Origin: Thermoanaerobaculia bacterium
GTDB lineage: Bacteria; Acidobacteriota; Thermoanaerobaculia; Multivoradales; UBA5704
NCBI GenBank assembly: GCA_044226625.1
Contig: JBGAGQ010000032.1
Location: 1 to 64,000, forward strand
DNA: 64,000 nucleotides
Direction of reading: 5' to 3'
A program made the position numbers and the translations under genes. Positions 1 to 9,974 of the stretch are shown here, piece after piece. Position 1 is the stretch's first letter. Each line of letters begins with the position of its first letter. The notes beneath the pieces are model-generated. The model saw nothing but the letters and a program-made list of their open reading frames with translations. It made no database searches and was not told where the DNA came from.

Positions 1-501
1 AAGCTGCGCTGGGAAAATCCCGCCTAGCCATTCAGTACGCCAAGCCCGCGCGCCGGAAAATCGACCCGGCAGAGCACTCAGGCAAGCGGGTACTCCACTA
101 CGCCCGCCAGAAAATTGGCGCGACAGGCTCCGAATTTAGTTTCCGAGCGTCGAGATTCAATATTTCGCCTTGGCACTGCACTTCTCCACGTCAAAATTTC
201 CGAGCGCGGAGCGTGCAGCCGCTCCGCGAGCTGAAAAATCTGAATTCCGATCGAGGAGCCCCATGTGCGACGTCAAAATTTCGGAATTCGGGGCATCCGG
301 CCACGATACGCTCGGGCGCCGGCATCGAAGCGTCGAGATTCGGCAACTCGATCGCGTGATAGAGACCGAGGAGTTCTAAGGGAAGAGCGCAGCGTGAGAG
401 GAAGAAGCGTCGGCCGCGATCGGCGTTCCTGCGAACGCAAAGACGGCCCCGGCGGCGATCGCCGCGCCCCGACCCGCAACCCACCTCATCGCCGAGGCAT
501 C

Positions 502-930
502 CTAAGTCGGGTGTGCCCGAGAAAACGATAGTTCTGGGACGGGAATCTATTTTCGCTCCGCGGGCTGGCCCAGGCCGGGCGGCCTTCGACCCGGCGTTCC
601 GGTCCCGCGGGCGGTCCATTCGACGATTTAATCTGTCGCACCAACGGCGGAAGCCGTCGATGCGACGGCCCGATCCACCGGGTTCGTCGCCGAACCCACT
701 CCATGCGATCGCTCGATACGGTCAATGCGGCGACGGAACCGCTCCAAGCGGCCACGCGATCCACTGGGTTCGGTGGCGCAATCCTGTGGATTCGACCGTC
801 GATGCTCCCGATCCTGTCGTTCGATCCACCCGGTTCGACGTCCGAATCGGGCGCTGCTGCCTGCAAGAAAAATCGACAGACGAAGAAACTCTGCCAAAAA
901 CTATCGTTTTCTCGGACTCCTCTGAGTTAG
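502..930. mobile_element. Putative non-autonomous MITE-like element bounded by inverted repeats
   Basis: Perfect 17-bp inverted repeat ccgagaaaacgatagtt (517-533) / aactatcgttttctcgg (899-915), extending imperfectly outward to ctaa (502) / ttag (930). No credible ORF inside and no transposase seen. Confidence 0.45.
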
Positions 931-1145
931 CTTACTGGCGGGCCTGCCGCATCGCCGGCTTTCGAGCTCCCGGCTCCACCGCCCGGCGCGCCCCACGCCG
1001 CCTTCTCTTCCAACTTCCTGGCGTCGCTTCGCGTGCGACTTCAGGATCTTGGGGATCCGGGAATCCGGCCCCCCGAAGGGTCCGCTTCGATCGTGCGAAG
1101 CTTACGATTCTCGGTCTCCGCGAACGCCGAGCGCCGAATTGCACT

Positions 1146-1562
1146 TCATTCCGGCACCATCACCCTGGGCAAGATCCCGAGTTTTTTGACCTTACGGGCG
1201 AATTTCTGGTCATCAAAGGAAGCCATGCTCTCGCAGTCGCGATAGCTGGCGTGGTGAAGGGCGTCCGCCATTTCAAGTCCCGCCCCGCAATTTGCCAACG
1301 CCTGCTCGAAGGTCTCGCGGTCCTCCACCGTGACATGGGCCAAGGCCAAAAGATGGTGGAAGACTCGGGCGACTTCTTGGGGGCCGAAGCTGTAATAACC
1401 GCGCATCACCCACTCCAGCTCGAGCAGGACCGACTTGCACACCTTCAAAGGCCGTCCGGACTCGATCAATCGGCGGGCGGCTTCTTGCTGTCGAGCGGCT
1501 TCGGCGTCCGCCTTGTCCGCGATGTAGTAACGGGCAAGAACGTTGGTGTCCAGCCCCATCAT
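1146..1562 (-). CDS. vapC: VapC-family PIN-domain toxin
   Basis: N-terminal LDTNVL, LLELEWV, MADALH and SFD supply the four acidic PIN residues; 138 aa; 4-nt overlap with the upstream antitoxin. Confidence 0.9.
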   Translation of the reverse strand: MMGLDTNVLARYYIADKADAEAARQQEAARRLIESGRPLKVCKSVLLELEWVMRGYYSFGPQEVARVFHHLLALAHVTVEDRETFEQALANCGAGLEMADALHHASYRDCESMASFDDQKFARKVKKLGILPRVMVPE

Positions 1563-1792
1563 GACTTCAGCAGGCTTGCGGGATCGAAATCCGCCGGAAC
1601 GCTGCGCTTTCGGCTGGTCAGCATGCCGAAACCGCTGGCCGGCACCTCGGCGGGCGAGCTCCGAACTCGTAACTCCACGTGATCACCCGCCAAGACGAAC
1701 TCGACTCGACTTCCCTGACGAATCCCCAGCCGTTGCCGCACCGGCTTCGGGATAGTGACCTGACCTTTGCTGGTAACCGATGTCGTTCCCAT
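1559..1792 (-). CDS. vapB: AbrB/MazE/SpoVT-family antitoxin
   Basis: TSVTSKGQVTIPKPVRQRLGIRQGSRVEF is the AbrB swapped-hairpin signature. ATG at 1792 is preceded by GGAG. Directly upstream of the PIN toxin. Confidence 0.88.
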   Translation of the reverse strand: MGTTSVTSKGQVTIPKPVRQRLGIRQGSRVEFVLAGDHVELRVRSSPAEVPASGFGMLTSRKRSVPADFDPASLLKS

Positions 1793-1802
1793 GGGGATCT
1801 CC

Positions 1803-1825
1803 GGTAATACCAAGTAAGAATACCA
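1803..1825 (-). promoter_or_regulatory. Probable vapBC promoter/operator
   Basis: AT-rich patch reading tggtattcttacttggtattacc on the minus strand: extended -10-like TGgTATTCT, tggtatt twice, and near-palindrome ggta-a-tacc (1803-1811). Confidence 0.4.
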
Positions 1826-1849
1826 TGCACCGAGATCACGAGCCCGCCC

Positions 1850-3784
<1,935 letters not shown>

Positions 3785-3872
3785 GCGGCCTCCTCGCGAT
3801 CGAATCGGGCGAACGGGTGGAGGCGAGGATAAAGGCTAGGCCGAGACGAGGCAACGGCTCCGGGTCAGGCTC

Positions 3873-6323
3873 TCACTCGCGCCAGAGAGCGTCGCGCACC
3901 TCGATCGCGAGCGCCCGGCGGCCGGGCACCCAGGTCGCGGCGAGAACGATCGCCGAGACCGCCGCGGCCACCAGGAAGGCGACCCCGAGGGAGAGGCCGA
4001 ACGACACCGGGAAGAGGCGCGAAAAGGCGAAGCCGGCGAGGAGCGTCGCCGGCAGCGCGATCAGCGCGCCGACTCCGTACTGGCGGGCGCCCTGGCACAA
4101 GAGCATGCGGAGCACGTCCCGCTCCGAAGCGCCGAGCGCGCGCCGGACACCGATCTCCCGGCCGCGCCGGCCGATCGAGCGCGACATCAATCCGTACGTA
4201 CCGCTCGCGGCGAGCAGCAGCGCGAAGCCGAAGCAGAGACCGAGCAGCCCAGCGACCGAGCGCGCGAGCAAGGAGGTCTTTTCGAGCACCTCTTCGAAGC
4301 TCTGGACCGTCCCTGGCACCACCTGCGGATCGAGCGCTCCGAGCGTCCGGAAGAACGCCGTCTGCGCCGCCTGCCGGTCGCCGCGGTGGCGCAGCTCGAC
4401 CGAGGCGAAACCGGCCGCCGTCTGGGCGAGAGGGACGTAGACCGCGACCGCGCTCCGATCGCGCGACAGGGGATTGCCGAGAAGCACGTCGTCGACGACC
4501 CCGACGACCGTGCGCCACCGCGCTTCGGCGAGGCCCGAGAGGCGGATCCGCCGACCGAGTAGCGAGCCCTTCGGCCCGTAGCGGGCGGCGAACGACCGGC
4601 TCACCAGAGCGGCGCGCGCGTCGTTCTCGCGATCGCGCCCTTCGAAGAAGCGCCCTTCGACGAGGCCGAGACCGAGCGGCGCAAGGGAGCCCTGGATCGC
4701 CTGGACGAACGCTTTCGGCCGCGCGAGGGTGGGATCCTCCAGCTCCAGGGCTCCCTCCTCCGAGGAGATCTCGGCGAGCGGGGCCCGGAAGACGACGCCT
4801 TCGAGCTCCGGCCGGGCGGCGAGCCGGTCGTAGAGGGTTTCGAAGAACCGAGCGCGCGCGGCGGGATCGGGATAGCGATCGACGGGGGGCTCGACGGAGG
4901 AATCCAGGAGATTCCGCGTGTCGTAGCCGAGATCGACGTGGATCACGCGGTGCGCGATCACCCCCGACAGGCAGCCGACGAACATCAACACCGAAACCGT
5001 CGCCACCTGGCCCACGACGAGGATCCGGGCGACGCGACCTTCGCGCCGGTCGCCCGATTGCGCAGCGCCGTCTCGCAGCAGAGCGTTTACCTCGGTGCGA
5101 TTCGCGCGAAACGCGACCATGGATCCGAGTGCGGCGATCGCCAGGGTGACGAACGCCCCCGCCGCGACGACGACCGAGCGATCGAAGCCCCACACCCACC
5201 AGAAGGCGAGGTTGCCGGCGAGCCGTGCGCGGGCCCAACCGTTCAGCGCCTCGAGCGCGAGGCCGGACAAGACGGTCGCGAGCGCGCCTCCGGCGACGCA
5301 GAGGAGGGCGATCTCCCAGAGGCCTTGCAGGACCAGCCGCGACCGCGGCGCCCCGAGCGCCAACCGGACCGCGGTCTCCCGCGCCCGCTCGTTCGCCCGC
5401 GCGACGAGGAGATTCGTGACGTTCACGCAGGCGAGCAGGAGGATGAGACCCGCGACCGCGTTGAGCGCGGCGAGGACGACGGGGCCGACCTCGCCGATCT
5501 GGGCCATCGGAAACGTCTCGACCCGAAGGGCTACGGGCGCCTCGCTCTCGCGGTCGTCCGCCGAGGGGGGAGGCGCCGGAACCGGCTGCGCGCTCCGAAC
5601 CGCGAGCAGCTTCGCGGTGAGCTCGGCTTCGGCCGCGCGAGCGCTGGCTCCGGGCGCGAGACGCGCGAAGACCTCGACGGCCCGACGGTCCGGAGTCGTT
5701 TCGGCGAGGACCTCGGGGGGGATCGGAGCCCAGGCCTCGGAGGCCACGGGGAAGCCGTAGCCCGCGGGCATCACGCCGAGCACGCGGGTCGGGAGCCCGT
5801 CGAGCGTCACCCGGCTTCCGATCAAGCGTCGATCGCCGCCGAAGACGCTCCGAAACGTCGCGTCCGAAAGCACCACGCACTTCTCCGCGCCGGCCTCCTG
5901 GTCCTCCGGCCGGAAACCCCGCCCGAGCGAGGGTCGGGCGTGCGTCGCCTCGAAGACGTTCCATTCCGTCTCGGTCACCTGGATCGAGCGGGTTCCGTCT
6001 CCGGCCCCGACGATCCCTTCGCGGGAGGTATAGGCGCCGAGCGCCGCGAGGGTCGTGAGACCCGGCCGGATCGCCGCGAGGTCGGCGGCGTCGATCGCCC
6101 CCCAGCGGCCGTTCGAGACCGAGAGGATCTTCACCAGCTCCTCACCCCTCTCGACCGGCAGCGGCTTGAGCATCGCCGTGTAGAGGAACGAGAAGGTGAA
6201 GATCGCGACGCTCAGTCCCCCGGCGAGCACCGACACCGTGAGGAGCGACGAGATCGGGGTCTTCGCGAGCAGCCGGAGGGCGTGGCGGACGTCCTGGACG
6301 GAGAACCAATGCCTCGGATTCAT
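3873..6323 (-). CDS. ABC transporter permease, duplicated MacB/FtsX type (ADOP-like)
   Basis: Start reassigned to ATG 6323 (MNPRHWFSVQDVRHALRLLAKTP). LLLACVNVTNLL...RARETAVRLALGA and REIGVRRALGA give two FtsX repeats. Confidence 0.88.
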   Translation of the reverse strand: MNPRHWFSVQDVRHALRLLAKTPISSLLTVSVLAGGLSVAIFTFSFLYTAMLKPLPVERGEELVKILSVSNGRWGAIDAADLAAIRPGLTTLAALGAYTSREGIVGAGDGTRSIQVTETEWNVFEATHARPSLGRGFRPEDQEAGAEKCVVLSDATFRSVFGGDRRLIGSRVTLDGLPTRVLGVMPAGYGFPVASEAWAPIPPEVLAETTPDRRAVEVFARLAPGASARAAEAELTAKLLAVRSAQPVPAPPPSADDRESEAPVALRVETFPMAQIGEVGPVVLAALNAVAGLILLLACVNVTNLLVARANERARETAVRLALGAPRSRLVLQGLWEIALLCVAGGALATVLSGLALEALNGWARARLAGNLAFWWVWGFDRSVVVAAGAFVTLAIAALGSMVAFRANRTEVNALLRDGAAQSGDRREGRVARILVVGQVATVSVLMFVGCLSGVIAHRVIHVDLGYDTRNLLDSSVEPPVDRYPDPAARARFFETLYDRLAARPELEGVVFRAPLAEISSEEGALELEDPTLARPKAFVQAIQGSLAPLGLGLVEGRFFEGRDRENDARAALVSRSFAARYGPKGSLLGRRIRLSGLAEARWRTVVGVVDDVLLGNPLSRDRSAVAVYVPLAQTAAGFASVELRHRGDRQAAQTAFFRTLGALDPQVVPGTVQSFEEVLEKTSLLARSVAGLLGLCFGFALLLAASGTYGLMSRSIGRRGREIGVRRALGASERDVLRMLLCQGARQYGVGALIALPATLLAGFAFSRLFPVSFGLSLGVAFLVAAAVSAIVLAATWVPGRRALAIEVRDALWRE

Positions 6324-6495
6324 CGGCGCTTCTACGGCGCCGCCGGGGCGGATGTTTCGCCGCTCCCCGCGCTCGATCCACGGATCGTGCCGCCGGAGGT
6401 AACGCGCAGACGCAAACGTTCGCCAAATCTTTAAAGTAATGTCAATGCACCGAGCGCGGAGCGACCGCCGCGATCTCTCGAAAGGAGCCGGATCC

Positions 6496-8151
6496 ATGCC
6501 CAGCCGCAGGTCCACGCCGAAGAAGGTCTCCCGCAGATCCCCTCGTGCGGATCGTTCCAAGGCTCTCGAGGTCTCGGTCCGCCCCACCGGACCGAGCGTC
6601 GACGAGGTGGCGGCGCTCGAACAGCGCCTCACGTCGCACCGGCAGCTCGCGGAGTGGTTCCGCGGAAGCCGGTGCCGCCTCCTCTCGATTCGCTGGGAGG
6701 ACCCCGACGCTACGGGAAAGTCGGCGCGGCCGGCGCCGATCGACGAATTCGTCGCGACCTGGTACGACTACTCCCACCACCGGACGATCAACGCGCGCGG
6801 CCGCCTCTCCGACCTGCGGCGGCTGGAGGTGACGGCGAAAGGCGACCAGCCGCTCCCGAGCCCGGCGGAATTCGACGAAGCGTTGAGGATCCTGCTGCGC
6901 GACCCCGAGATCGGGCCTCGGCTCAAGGAACAGCGGGTCCGTCCCTATCCCCCCATGCCCCCGCTCCATTTGACAGAGCGTGAGGACGGTACCCGGGAGC
7001 GAGGCGTCACCGTCGGCCTGCTCGGTCCGGGGAGCGGCCCGAATCGAGAGCACGAGATCGTCGGGGTCAATCTCTCGTCCCGCGCGATTTCGCGTTTCGC
7101 CGAGCGGGCGCCCGCGACCGCGATCGCGAACTTCGGCACCTGCGGCCTGCCCCACGCGGTCCAGCCGACGGCGCGTAACGTACCCGGTCAGGCCTGGTTC
7201 ACCGTCAAGTACGGGGGCACCACGGTATGGAAGTTTCTCGCCGTGCGGCCGGCCGCCTCGTCCGGCACGAACGGTTCGGGCATCGAGCTCCGCTATGTCG
7301 ACTACAAAGGCGAGAGGGTGCTCTACCGCGCCCACGTGCCGATCCTGAACGTCAAATACGACGGCGATGCCTGTGGCCCGTATCGCGACTGGCAAAACGA
7401 AGAGAGCATGATCCAGGCGCCCGCGGGAAACGACGTCGCTCCCGGCTTCCGCATCTGCCCCACGCCGGCCAAGACGATTCTGGATACCGGCCTGGACACC
7501 GGCAATTTTCTCGGCGTCGGAGTCTACGTCGACGGTCTCGAGGTGGTCCTGGTGAGCGAGATGGAAGCCGGATGGTACCGGTACGTGAGCGAGTGGCGCC
7601 TTCACGTCGACGGCACGATCCGCCCGCGCTTCGGCTTCACCGCGGTCGACACCTCGTCCTGCGTGTGCAACGTGCACCATCATCATTGCTACTGGCGCCT
7701 CGATTTCGACATCGCGACCGCCGGCGGCAACCGCGTGCGCGAGTTCAATCGATTCCTCCTACAACGGGGAAAGTGGTCCACCCTGCCGTTCGAAACCGCG
7801 CGACCGCGCTCCCCCCTCTTCCACCGCAAATGGCGCGTGGAAAACGTCGCCACCGGCAAGGGCTACGAGATTCTGCCCGGGCCCACCGACGGCGTCGCGA
7901 CGCAATCTCCCGACTGGCCCTATCCCAAGGGGGATCTCTGGTTCGTCCGATACCGGTCGGATGAGATCGACGACGGCTCGGTCGCCACGGGCCCCCCCTA
8001 CGAAGCGGGGATCGACGGCTTCGTCAACCACGAGTCGATCGAGAACGCCGACGTCGTCGTTTGGTACGGGGCGCACTTCACCCACGACATCGACCACGAA
8101 GAGCCGGGCGAATTCGGCCACATCGTGGGACCCACGTTGCGATCGGTGTGA
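6496..8151 (+). CDS. Copper amine oxidase-like protein with a non-canonical cofactor motif
   Basis: AAAGGAG SD before ATG 6496. VLYRAHVPILNVKY, YRDW, GWYRYVSEWRLHVDGTIRP, HHHHCYWRLDFDI and ENADVVVWY...TH align by eye with the copper amine oxidase catalytic domain. Confidence 0.7.
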   Translation: MPSRRSTPKKVSRRSPRADRSKALEVSVRPTGPSVDEVAALEQRLTSHRQLAEWFRGSRCRLLSIRWEDPDATGKSARPAPIDEFVATWYDYSHHRTINARGRLSDLRRLEVTAKGDQPLPSPAEFDEALRILLRDPEIGPRLKEQRVRPYPPMPPLHLTEREDGTRERGVTVGLLGPGSGPNREHEIVGVNLSSRAISRFAERAPATAIANFGTCGLPHAVQPTARNVPGQAWFTVKYGGTTVWKFLAVRPAASSGTNGSGIELRYVDYKGERVLYRAHVPILNVKYDGDACGPYRDWQNEESMIQAPAGNDVAPGFRICPTPAKTILDTGLDTGNFLGVGVYVDGLEVVLVSEMEAGWYRYVSEWRLHVDGTIRPRFGFTAVDTSSCVCNVHHHHCYWRLDFDIATAGGNRVREFNRFLLQRGKWSTLPFETARPRSPLFHRKWRVENVATGKGYEILPGPTDGVATQSPDWPYPKGDLWFVRYRSDEIDDGSVATGPPYEAGIDGFVNHESIENADVVVWYGAHFTHDIDHEEPGEFGHIVGPTLRSV

Positions 8152-8190
8152 GAAGACCTCGCGCGATGCGAGGACGAGGGGAGCGGGCCG

Positions 8191-8796
8191 CTATCTCGGG
8201 CCCGCGTCTCCTCGCTTCGGGAAATCTCGATTCAGGGTCACGCGCCGCGCCTGTTCGAGATGACGTCGGGCATGACCGGCGAGGATCGCAAGACCGTCCC
8301 CCAGGGGGATGCGCAGGCGGCGGGAGATCGGCGAGCCGGTGGTCGAATACCCGAGGTCGAGGCCGTCGGCGCGCTGCAATAAACCAAGGAAATCCTGCTC
8401 GCGGTCGATGAATCGACGGTACGCGTCGGGGATCGGTCCCCTGATTCGGAGCAGCGGGGGCGCCGGGATGGGGATGCGAACCCTGGCGCCCGAAAGGGTG
8501 CGGAACAGCCGTCCGAGCCGGCTGCCGTTCCACGCTCCGCGTCGGATCGCGCCGGCGGCTCGCGTGCGATCGATCGCGCTGGCAAAGCGGGGGTGGAAGA
8601 GATCCGCGGCCTGAACCAGGTGCGTGAAGCACTCCGCCACCCCCCAACCGTTCCGGCTCGGGCGCCAGGCGAGCTGCTCCGGGGTGAGCTCGCGACAGAG
8701 CGCCTCGGCCTCCTCCGCGATCCTGGCCACCTCCCGCGCCAGACCGGCGAGGAAGGGGTCGAGGGGTAGCTTGGCGAAGGGAAGACTCGAATCCAT
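8191..8796 (-). CDS. DinB/YfiT-family protein
   Basis: LAWRPSRNGWGVAECFTHL and C-terminal HARRHLEQA His pattern; start taken at ATG 8796. Confidence 0.8.
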   Translation of the reverse strand: MDSSLPFAKLPLDPFLAGLAREVARIAEEAEALCRELTPEQLAWRPSRNGWGVAECFTHLVQAADLFHPRFASAIDRTRAAGAIRRGAWNGSRLGRLFRTLSGARVRIPIPAPPLLRIRGPIPDAYRRFIDREQDFLGLLQRADGLDLGYSTTGSPISRRLRIPLGDGLAILAGHARRHLEQARRVTLNRDFPKRGDAGPR

Positions 8797-8906
8797 TTCA
8801 GTCTCCGCACAAAGGCGGAGGAACCTCTTTCCCCAGTTTCTACGGCGGGTCCCGGGTTTCGGATGATGTTGACCCCCGAGGGCTCGGCGGCGGAGGATCG
8901 GCGCCC

Positions 8907-9902
8907 ATGGAACCGAACCCCGTCGTCCTTCCCGAGCCTTCGATGCTCTTTGCCGGCATCTGCGCGGCCGCGTTTCGGGTGCGCGAGATCGCCCACCGCA
9001 CGGCCGTCGCAACCTCACGAGCGCTCGACGAACGAACCGGCGCCCGCGTCTTCTTGAAATGCGAGAACCACCAGCGCGTCGGCGCGTTCAAGATCCGCGG
9101 CGCCTGGAACGCGGTCTCGCAGCTCCGCCCTGAGGAGAAAGCGCGCGGCGTGCTCACGTTTTCCTCCGGCAACCACGCGCAGGGGATCGCGCTCGCCTGC
9201 CGCGAGCAAGGGGTCCGGGCGACCGTGGTGATGCCGACGATCGCGCCGGCGGCCAAGCGCGCCGCGACGGAAGGCTACGGCGCCGAGGTCATCCTCTACG
9301 ACCCGGACGAAACGGCGCGCGAGGAGCTCGCCTCGAAGCTCCAGGAGGAGCGCGGGTCGGTCGTGATCCCGCCGTACGACGACCTGCGGATCATCTGCGG
9401 CCAGGGCACCGCGGCGCTCGAGCTGTTCGATCAGGCGGGCAAGCTCGACCTCCTGCTCGTCCCCTGCGGCGGCGGTGGCCTCCTCTCCGGCTCCGCGCTC
9501 GCGGCCTTCGGCGTCGCCCCGACCTGCCGGGTGATCGGCGTGGAGCCCGAAGTCGCCGACGACGCCACGCGCTCGTTCCGTACCGGCATCCTGCAAACGG
9601 TGAAGAACCCGCCCACGATCGCCGACGGCACGCGCACCCCGTCGCTCGGCAAGCTGACCTTCCCGCTCGTCCGCGCTCACGTCTCGGACATGGCGACGGT
9701 TTCCGAGGCCGCAATCGCCGAGGCGGTGCGCTTCCTTTTCCACCGCACCAAGGAGGTCGTCGAGCCGTCCGGAGCGCTCGGCGTCGCCGCCCTGCTCTCC
9801 GGCGCGGTGACCCCGAAGCCGGGGGAACGGGTGGGGGTGATCCTCTCAGGAGGCAACGTCGACGGCGAGGTGATGGGGGAGATTCTCGCGGGAACGTTGT
9901 AG
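8907..9902 (+). CDS. PLP-dependent threonine/serine dehydratase family (serine racemase / threo-3-hydroxyaspartate ammonia-lyase-like)
   Basis: LKCENHQRVGAFKIRGA (PLP lysine), SSGNHAQG, PCGGGGL, VEPSGA and ILSGGN; no ACT domain. Confidence 0.9.
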   Translation: MEPNPVVLPEPSMLFAGICAAAFRVREIAHRTAVATSRALDERTGARVFLKCENHQRVGAFKIRGAWNAVSQLRPEEKARGVLTFSSGNHAQGIALACREQGVRATVVMPTIAPAAKRAATEGYGAEVILYDPDETAREELASKLQEERGSVVIPPYDDLRIICGQGTAALELFDQAGKLDLLLVPCGGGGLLSGSALAAFGVAPTCRVIGVEPEVADDATRSFRTGILQTVKNPPTIADGTRTPSLGKLTFPLVRAHVSDMATVSEAAIAEAVRFLFHRTKEVVEPSGALGVAALLSGAVTPKPGERVGVILSGGNVDGEVMGEILAGTL

Positions 9903-9974
9903 GAGCAGCGCCCCAAGGATCGAGAAGTCAGGGGGTGGTTCGCGTCTTTAGGGCGATAGGAGGTACCTATCGCC

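Noticed and set aside
671-837. Possible mini-CRISPR array
   Set aside because: Repeats are only 16 bp, imperfect and unevenly spaced, and no cas genes are present.
170-1145. Short ORFs in the first kilobase and the 389-aa plus-strand ORF 513-1682
   Set aside because: No recognisable domains, Arg/Pro/Ser-rich composition, and the long one is antisense to vapBC.
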